64,000 bases of DNA, taken from the NCBI RefSeq assembly GCF_039524015.1, contig NZ_BAAAGF010000001.1, positions 551,280 to 615,279 on the forward strand, read 5' to 3'. A model generated the notes under the pieces. It ran no database searches and was not told the origin of the DNA. It saw only the letters and a program-made list of their open reading frames with translations. The DNA comes from Gaetbulibacter jejuensis. GTDB lineage: Bacteria > Bacteroidota > Bacteroidia > Flavobacteriales > Flavobacteriaceae. Both the position numbers and the translations under genes were made by a program. Of the stretch, positions 57,137 to 64,000 are shown piece after piece (position 1 is the stretch's first letter; each line of letters opens with the position of its first letter).

Positions 57137-59548
57137 ATGAAACACAAATTTCTATTTGTATTAATTTGCTTTACTTCATTTTTACAGGCACAACAAATTC
57201 AAGTTCTTGAAAAAGGGACAAACTTGCCTGTTTCTGGAGTTACAATTTATAATTCTGATAAATCTAAATCGGTAATTACTGATATCGATGGATATACGAC
57301 TTTAAGTCAGTTTGATGATAATGAAACTATCTTTTTTCAAAACTTGTTATATCAAAAACTAAAAACGAGCAAAGCGGAAATAGCAAGTAACAATTTTATT
57401 GTGTATTTAACTCAAAACGTTGAAGGGTTGAATGAGGTAGTAGTTTCTGCCTCAAAATTTGAACAAAGCAAGAGAGATATTCCTCAAAAGGTAATCAGTT
57501 TTGATGCTGAAAAAATTCAGTTTTCAAATCCGCAAACAAGTGCAGATTTATTAGAAAACACTGGTAATATTTACGTTCAAAAAAGCCAGTTGGGTGGTGG
57601 AAGCCCAATGATTAGAGGGTTTTCAACTAATCGTTTGCTTATAACAGTTGATGGTGTTAGAATGAATAATGCCATTTTTAGAGGAGGTAATCTTCAAAAT
57701 GTAATCTCTATTGATCCTTTTTCTATTCAAAATACCGAAGTTAATTTAGGAGCAGGCTCTGTTGTTTATGGTAGCGATGCCATTGGTGGAGTTATGAGTT
57801 TTTATACTAAAAAACCTCAGCTTTCGTATTCAGACTCTTTGTTTTTTAAAGCCAATGCAGTAGCAAGATATGCAACAGCAAATAGTGAAAAAACAGGACA
57901 CCTAGACTTAAATTTCGGACTTAAAAAATGGGCGTTTTTAACAAGCGTAAGTTATACTAATTTTGACGATTTAAGAATGGGATCTCATGGTCCAGATGAA
58001 TACATTAGACCTGAATATGTTGAAACCATTAATGGCGAAGACGTTATTGTTGCTAATGATGAACCCTTAGTACAAAAACCAACAGGCTACGATCAAATTA
58101 ATCTTCTACAAAAAATTAAGTATCAACCTGAAGATAACCAAAGCTTTGATTTAGGACTGTATTATACTGAAACTTCAGAGTATTCTAGATACGACCGATT
58201 AATAAGATATCGAGGCGACGATTTAAGATCTGCCGAATGGAATTACGGACCACAACGTTGGTTTATGGCAAACTTACAGTACACTAAACTGAGCAGTAAC
58301 TCTAGCTTTTATGATAAAATACAAACGAATGTTGCTTTTCAAAATTTTCAGGAAAGCAGAATTGATAGAGATTTTCAGTCTGTTGAAAGAAATACAACCG
58401 AAGAAAGTGTAGATGCTATATCTTTTAACCTTGATCTTGAAAAGCAGTTGGGTTCAAAAACAGAATTGTTTTATGGTGTAGAATACGTTTACAATAAAAT
58501 TAAATCAGATGGAAACACATACAACATAGAAACCAACGAGACTGCAAATACAGTGTCAAGATATCCTGATGGTTCTGATTGGCAATCTATGGCAGCTTAC
58601 TCAAGTTTGAAATATAAACCTAATCCTAAATTTGTATTCCAAACAGGAGTGCGTTATAATCATATTATTTCAAATGCTGATTTTACTGAAAACAATCAGT
58701 TTTTGAACCTTCCGTTTAATGAATCAAAAATTAATGCAGGAGCATTTACTGGGACAGCAGGAATAAGCTGGATACCAAACGAAACCATCCAATGGAAATT
58801 AAATGCCTCTTCGGCTTTTAGAGCTCCAAATATGGATGACATTGGTAAGGTGTTTGACTCTGAACCTGGTTCAGTAGTTGTGCCTAATAACAATTTAAAA
58901 CCAGAGTATGCTTATGGTGGTGAGCTTGGGCTTAATTTAAATTTTGATCAAACATTTATCATTGACCTTTCAACGTATTATACCTATTTAGATAATGCAC
59001 TTGTGCGAAGAGACTTTAATATTAATGGTGAAACTGAAATAGAGTATAATGGTGAATTAAGTAATGTGCAAGCTATTCAAAATGCATCTAAAGCTTGGAT
59101 TTATGGTTTTGAAGCAGGAGCTCAACTCAATTTTTCTGAAAAGTTTAAACTTACCACTCAATATAATATAATAGGAGGAACAGAAGAAGATAATGGTATT
59201 GAAGTTCCTGTAAGACATGCAGCTCCAAACTTTGGAAACACACATTTAGTTTGGCAAAATGATAAGTTACAGTTAGATGCATTTGCGGTTTATAACAATG
59301 AGTTGTCATTTAATCAATTGGCACCTTCTGAAGCTGAAAAAGATTACATCTATGCTTTGGATGCTAACGGAAATCCTTATTCGCCTTCTTGGTATACTCT
59401 TAATTTAAGAACTAAGTATAAGATTACTGATGCAGCAACACTAATAGCGAGTTTAGAAAACATTACAGACCAACGCTATAAAACATATTCATCAGGTATT
59501 GCTTCTGCTGGAAGAAATTTAATTCTGTCCTTGATGTACACATTATAA
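57137..59548 (+). CDS. TonB-dependent outer-membrane receptor (plug plus 22-strand barrel), with N-terminal CarbD-like domain
   Basis: Signal peptide, TonB box region, plug motifs (…GGGSPMIRGFSTNRLLITVDGVRMN…), barrel length. Confidence 0.8.
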   Translation: MKHKFLFVLICFTSFLQAQQIQVLEKGTNLPVSGVTIYNSDKSKSVITDIDGYTTLSQFDDNETIFFQNLLYQKLKTSKAEIASNNFIVYLTQNVEGLNEVVVSASKFEQSKRDIPQKVISFDAEKIQFSNPQTSADLLENTGNIYVQKSQLGGGSPMIRGFSTNRLLITVDGVRMNNAIFRGGNLQNVISIDPFSIQNTEVNLGAGSVVYGSDAIGGVMSFYTKKPQLSYSDSLFFKANAVARYATANSEKTGHLDLNFGLKKWAFLTSVSYTNFDDLRMGSHGPDEYIRPEYVETINGEDVIVANDEPLVQKPTGYDQINLLQKIKYQPEDNQSFDLGLYYTETSEYSRYDRLIRYRGDDLRSAEWNYGPQRWFMANLQYTKLSSNSSFYDKIQTNVAFQNFQESRIDRDFQSVERNTTEESVDAISFNLDLEKQLGSKTELFYGVEYVYNKIKSDGNTYNIETNETANTVSRYPDGSDWQSMAAYSSLKYKPNPKFVFQTGVRYNHIISNADFTENNQFLNLPFNESKINAGAFTGTAGISWIPNETIQWKLNASSAFRAPNMDDIGKVFDSEPGSVVVPNNNLKPEYAYGGELGLNLNFDQTFIIDLSTYYTYLDNALVRRDFNINGETEIEYNGELSNVQAIQNASKAWIYGFEAGAQLNFSEKFKLTTQYNIIGGTEEDNGIEVPVRHAAPNFGNTHLVWQNDKLQLDAFAVYNNELSFNQLAPSEAEKDYIYALDANGNPYSPSWYTLNLRTKYKITDAATLIASLENITDQRYKTYSSGIASAGRNLILSLMYTL

Positions 59549-59550
59549 AT

Positions 59551-59583
59551 AAAAAAAGCCTCCAACTTAGGAGGCTTTTTTGT
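59551..59583. terminator. Bidirectional intrinsic terminator (agcctcc-aactta-ggaggct)
   Basis: A7, 7-bp stem, T6; lies between the convergent TBDR and GEVED genes. Confidence 0.7.
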
Positions 59584-59595
59584 GTGATGATTATT

Positions 59596-62500
59596 TTATT
59601 TTCGTTTCACTGCTTTCTTAGTAATTACTTGTCCGTTTGACAATGTTACTTTAGCCAAATAGGTGGCTTGACTTAAAGCCGAAAGGTTATAAATTTCTGA
59701 ATTGCTATTACCATTAAAGTTGTATAGCGTTCTTCCTAAAAGATCAATAATTTCAACATGTTCAATAGTAATATTTGCACCTATAGTGAATTTAACATCA
59801 TTATCGTTAAGCTCAATGATTGTTAAATCTTTAGGACTAATATCTTTATCGTCAATTGATAGCGCTTCTGGTATAAATACAATTTCAAAGCGCTCATTAA
59901 ACTCACCAGCTTCTGATGTAAAAGTATAATCAGTTTCTGATAGGTTGTGAGTGATATTTAATAATTTATCTTTTACATAAATAGTATTAGTGGTTAAAAA
60001 TTCACCTTCTAGTTTTGAGATAGTTAAGGTGTAAATTGTAGGTGTATTTATTAATGTACTAAATCCTAAAGGAATTACTTCGTTTAAGGTTAAACTCTCT
60101 GGCGCTTTTCCTTGAATGGTATACTTTTTATCAGAACCTTCAATAATTGAATACATCACAGCATTAACGTTTGGCGAAGCCATAGGAGCATCAAAATACA
60201 TTTTATCCAAACCGTTAGTTGCATTGTTAACATAACCTACTAAAATTTGATTAAACACTCCATTATCAGTTGTTAGATCTAACCATAATTTATTAGGTGT
60301 GTTGGTTGTGTTTTGTCTAAAGAATTGAGAGTTATCGTTGGTTCCTCTTACACGCATTGAATTATTAAAAACAACACGTTTTCTTTGTATATCTCCAGCT
60401 TGAGCTGTTGGGTTTGAAACATACTCAGTAGTAGGAGCAGTATCAGACATTGCAATAAAAAATGCTTGACCCGAAGGAATCATTCTATTAGTTGGGTCAC
60501 TGCCATCTCCACCAGCACTAGTAGCTGTTTCTCCTACACCATTAATGATAGCATAATCACTTTGAGAAAAATTCAACACCTCATTACCGCTTGTATTGCC
60601 ATCAGGAGGAGTGTTTTGTGACCATAAGTAAATAGCTCCATCAACAACTCTGTTAGTGGCAGTGCCTATATCTGCATTGTAATTTAAAAATGCATCAGCA
60701 CTTATGGCAGAAGGATATGGGTTTCCAAGTAAATTCCAGTTATTATCGTTGGTTTCCTCATCATTTCTATACATCCAAACTTCAATAACACCATTATTAA
60801 AAAGACCTCTAAATGAATAAGTAAATTGACAGTTAGGACCATTATTACAAGGAAGTGCACTAAATAAGCCAGAATCGTGAGTTGAAGCGTACCCAACACC
60901 AGGAGTCATAAAATCACTATTGTTTGTTTGTTGCCAATCGTACCCTGTACCATCAGCAAATGAGCTTGGATCATCTATATTGTCTTGACCAATTATAAAT
61001 GTGTTAGTATTGTTAATTTCTTGATTAGAATCTCTATAGTCCTGAGCACTAAATTTAAAACGCCTGTTACTCGAAGCATCTACTAAAGCATCTCCAATAG
61101 TTTCTTCAAAAACAGGAGAACTCCAGTAGGTGTATTCATACCAGTTATCCATCATTGCAGTTCTCTTATTAACTTGAATATTGTCAGGATTATCGGCAGT
61201 TACTAAACCATCATCATTAATTTGTACAAAAGCACCTTGAGGATGAACTAATATTGAAGCTGTACCATTTAGTATAAGATCATTACCAACTTCTACATAC
61301 GTGTTAACACCACCATTGTTAGCATCTGCAATAATAAGCTCTGCATCATTAATGATTAAATTACAAGCCTCAAAGCTTGTTTCTCCATTAACGTTTACAC
61401 TAGTATTATAATCGGCATTTAAAATTGCAGTCTTATTAGAAGCAGGAGCAGATGACCAGTTTGTTCCGTCCCAAATTGCTGTTTCAGCACTTATTTTAAC
61501 AGCATTACTAGCTGTATAACAAGTGCTAGAATTTTCCCTAACTTGACAATAGAATTGATAATCAATATAAGTAATTGGGTTAATTATATCTAGTGTTGCT
61601 GATGTTGAATCATTATTAAAATCGACATTATTAGGAACAGCAACAAAAGTAGTAGCGTTTGGTGCAAGGTAGTACCATTGATAACTTAAAGGTAGACCTC
61701 CTGCAACACCTTCAGAGCCATTTACTGTAAGTTGAATGGAGTTATTACAGTCAAAAGTAGGTGTGTTTAATACAGAAACTGTTGGTGGAATTCCTAAAGA
61801 AAAATCAAATAGCCCAATGTCTAAATAATCAGAATCAGAACAATCAGTCCAGTCAATCATATCCCAATCATTAATGTCAAATGTGCTAGAAGGCAATGGA
61901 GTAGCATTATTTTGTCTTCTAAAATTAACACCATCACCACCAATACCTAGTCCATTAGCCCATGTGCTACTTCCATAAACTCCAAATGCATCAATAATAG
62001 AAGTTGTGGAAATTCTGTAAAGAGCAATCATATCAGAGCTATTATTGTCAAAATTAATTCCACTTGATGAACTAAAAGTTTGGTTAGGGCTCACACTCAA
62101 ATTATTTAATGGACTACAAGATGTTGTCCCAAGCGCTACAACATAAACGCTACCAGATGTTAAGTTACCAGATAATACATTTGAACTAGAAGGGCTTGCA
62201 TTACCATTATTGTATACATTTATACTATAATCTGATAAATTTATTGTGCCTGATGTACCATTAAAAATCTCAACATAGGATGAACTTCCACTTGTTGCAT
62301 CTGTAACCTCGCTTATAAATAAATCATTTGGAATTGTTGATGACAGAGCAGTTTCACAACCACTAATTGCATTATCAATAAAAGTAAAAGTATTTGTAGA
62401 AGAACAGCCAGTTGGAAATTGAACAACTAAATTTCCTGATGTTGCACCAGCAGGTACTAAAACAACAAGCTCAGTAGAAGTTGAAGAAACCGTCGTCATA

Positions 62501-64000
62501 AGTAAGCCATTTAATTCAGCGTAGGCTCCAGTTAAATCTTCAGCAGAAGAGATTGTTACTTCAGTGTTTTCAGGTCCTTCAATTGGCCAAATAGAACTAA
62601 CTAAAGTTGCTGTGCATACTCCTGTGCCTTCAATATCAAAAGTATAAGGGTTCTCGTCGCTATCAGAATTAATTATACTCACAGTAGCTGTTCTTGTTCC
62701 ATCAGCAGTAGGAGAAAATTCTATTCTAAATTCAGAATCAGAAGATGAAGCTATAGAGGTATTAGGTTGTAGGGTTACTGTAAAATCACTAGCATTAGTA
62801 CCTGTAATTTCAACGATAGGTGCTCCAGTAAGGTTTAAAGCAGTTGCTCCAATGTTTTCTACAAAATAACTTTTTTCAGCACTAGTTGACCCTACGTTTG
62901 TTGAGCCAAATAATGTATTGTTTAAGCCATAAGGAGCGTTAAAGCCGTTTGGTATAGTAATATTATTACCTTTTACATTTATTTCAGCATTTGTTGGTTG
63001 AATAACATTAATGGTGTAATCTTCAACCTCACCAAAATCAAAATCTTCACAAGGTGTTGCGTAAGGTCCTCCATTATCTGATTTTGCACTTACTCTCATT
63101 CTTATATTTCCAAGTACAGCGTTTGTAGGAACAGTAATAGATAAAGGAGATAAAGATGGTTGAGCGTTTGCGCTATTGGTGGTTGTTCCTAGTTCAAAGG
63201 CTTCGTTCCCAGAATTATTAAAAGTTCCGTCTTGATTCCAATCTATCCAAACTTTTACATAAGACGTATAATTACCTGAAGTGTTGACATTAACACTTAA
63301 ATTATAATTATCACCTAAAGTCAAATTGGTTGTAATTGCTGTATAATCAGAATAACTATTTGTAGAAACAGTTGTATTATCAATAGTGTTTAGATTAACA
63401 TTTAAAATACCTGAGGCATTAGTTCCTCCATCAGCACCACAATATGTTAATGAAGGTACTGAACAAACTTCTACGCCTTCAGACCAAGTTGTGCCTCTTC
63501 TTATAAATACTTTAAAGCAATAATTTAAGCCATTAACTAAACCAGTAACTGATTTATTGGTAACATTTGCTGTTGTTTCGTAAACAAGCTGATTAGGTGT
63601 AGTATAAACATCATTGTCAGCTCCTGAATAAGCTGAGCCATCACCTGTTGGAGTAAAGGTAACTGAACCTTGGTTAGCTACTATAATTAATTGATCCCAA
63701 CAAGAAGTAGGTGTTGGATTATTCCAACTTAAATTGACTTGGTTAGTAAGAGGTGTAGCAGTTAGGTTGCTAATATCTCCTTGAGCGATACCATTGGTAA
63801 CCGTACTTCCGCCTGTGCCACCACTTGCCCATCCAGTAAGTGTTTCGCCAACATAAGAATATACTGTAAACGAATAATTGTTATTCTCAGTTAATCCTGT
63901 AATAGTAGCAGATGTAGCATTACCTTTATAAACGACGCGACCTAATGAAGCAGGTGTTACAGGAGTAGCTAATGAAAAATCTGAATTAGCAGTATAAGTG
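59596..64000 (-). CDS. Very large T9SS cargo protein with GEVED domain and C-terminal sorting domain; 5' end lies beyond the window
   Basis: C-terminal Por/T9SS CTD (…VEIIDLLGRTLYNFNG…); GEVED motif (…DFDFGEVEDYTINV…). The reading frame stays open on the minus strand through 64000; the ORF track M at 63324 is an internal TTG. Confidence 0.75.
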   Translation of the reverse strand, partial: TYTANSDFSLATPVTPASLGRVVYKGNATSATITGLTENNNYSFTVYSYVGETLTGWASGGTGGSTVTNGIAQGDISNLTATPLTNQVNLSWNNPTPTSCWDQLIIVANQGSVTFTPTGDGSAYSGADNDVYTTPNQLVYETTANVTNKSVTGLVNGLNYCFKVFIRRGTTWSEGVEVCSVPSLTYCGADGGTNASGILNVNLNTIDNTTVSTNSYSDYTAITTNLTLGDNYNLSVNVNTSGNYTSYVKVWIDWNQDGTFNNSGNEAFELGTTTNSANAQPSLSPLSITVPTNAVLGNIRMRVSAKSDNGGPYATPCEDFDFGEVEDYTINVIQPTNAEINVKGNNITIPNGFNAPYGLNNTLFGSTNVGSTSAEKSYFVENIGATALNLTGAPIVEITGTNASDFTVTLQPNTSIASSSDSEFRIEFSPTADGTRTATVSIINSDSDENPYTFDIEGTGVCTATLVSSIWPIEGPENTEVTISSAEDLTGAYAELNGLLMTTVSSTSTELVVLVPAGATSGNLVVQFPTGCSSTNTFTFIDNAISGCETALSSTIPNDLFISEVTDATSGSSSYVEIFNGTSGTINLSDYSINVYNNGNASPSSSNVLSGNLTSGSVYVVALGTTSCSPLNNLSVSPNQTFSSSSGINFDNNSSDMIALYRISTTSIIDAFGVYGSSTWANGLGIGGDGVNFRRQNNATPLPSSTFDINDWDMIDWTDCSDSDYLDIGLFDFSLGIPPTVSVLNTPTFDCNNSIQLTVNGSEGVAGGLPLSYQWYYLAPNATTFVAVPNNVDFNNDSTSATLDIINPITYIDYQFYCQVRENSSTCYTASNAVKISAETAIWDGTNWSSAPASNKTAILNADYNTSVNVNGETSFEACNLIINDAELIIADANNGGVNTYVEVGNDLILNGTASILVHPQGAFVQINDDGLVTADNPDNIQVNKRTAMMDNWYEYTYWSSPVFEETIGDALVDASSNRRFKFSAQDYRDSNQEINNTNTFIIGQDNIDDPSSFADGTGYDWQQTNNSDFMTPGVGYASTHDSGLFSALPCNNGPNCQFTYSFRGLFNNGVIEVWMYRNDEETNDNNWNLLGNPYPSAISADAFLNYNADIGTATNRVVDGAIYLWSQNTPPDGNTSGNEVLNFSQSDYAIINGVGETATSAGGDGSDPTNRMIPSGQAFFIAMSDTAPTTEYVSNPTAQAGDIQRKRVVFNNSMRVRGTNDNSQFFRQNTTNTPNKLWLDLTTDNGVFNQILVGYVNNATNGLDKMYFDAPMASPNVNAVMYSIIEGSDKKYTIQGKAPESLTLNEVIPLGFSTLINTPTIYTLTISKLEGEFLTTNTIYVKDKLLNITHNLSETDYTFTSEAGEFNERFEIVFIPEALSIDDKDISPKDLTIIELNDNDVKFTIGANITIEHVEIIDLLGRTLYNFNGNSNSEIYNLSALSQATYLAKVTLSNGQVITKKAVKRK

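Overview
The window is low-GC Bacteroidetes-type DNA, most likely a Flavobacteriia chromosome. I base that on the Bacteroidetes promoter consensus, T9SS C-terminal sorting domains, a GEVED domain, TonB-dependent receptors, and a class Id ribonucleotide reductase whose ATP-cone sits on NrdB. Most of the window is core housekeeping: metG, recO, gdhA, nadD, gmk, ssb, nrdBA, rseP, tex and tRNA-Asn. A metal-homeostasis block at 1.5-8.8 kb holds a Zn/Mn-type ABC-3 transporter, a TonB-dependent receptor and a DtxR-family regulator. Its two permeases carry unusual C-terminal winged-helix extensions. A feoAB operon and several secreted peptidases and T9SS cargo proteins are also present. The stretch worth a second look is the protein-poor segment at about 29.0-31.45 kb, between nrdB and an SPFH-family gene. 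It contains two short promoter, small-ORF and intrinsic-terminator units that share a 27-nt motif. It also contains a cluster of degenerate tRNA-like elements. Among them, the 3' half of a tRNA-Met(CAT), with an encoded CCA, lies 5 nt upstream of the matching 5' half. That is a circularly permuted or split arrangement. I found no integrase, transposase, CRISPR array or obvious prophage. Every call here is by eye from the sequence and the ORF track; no searches were run.
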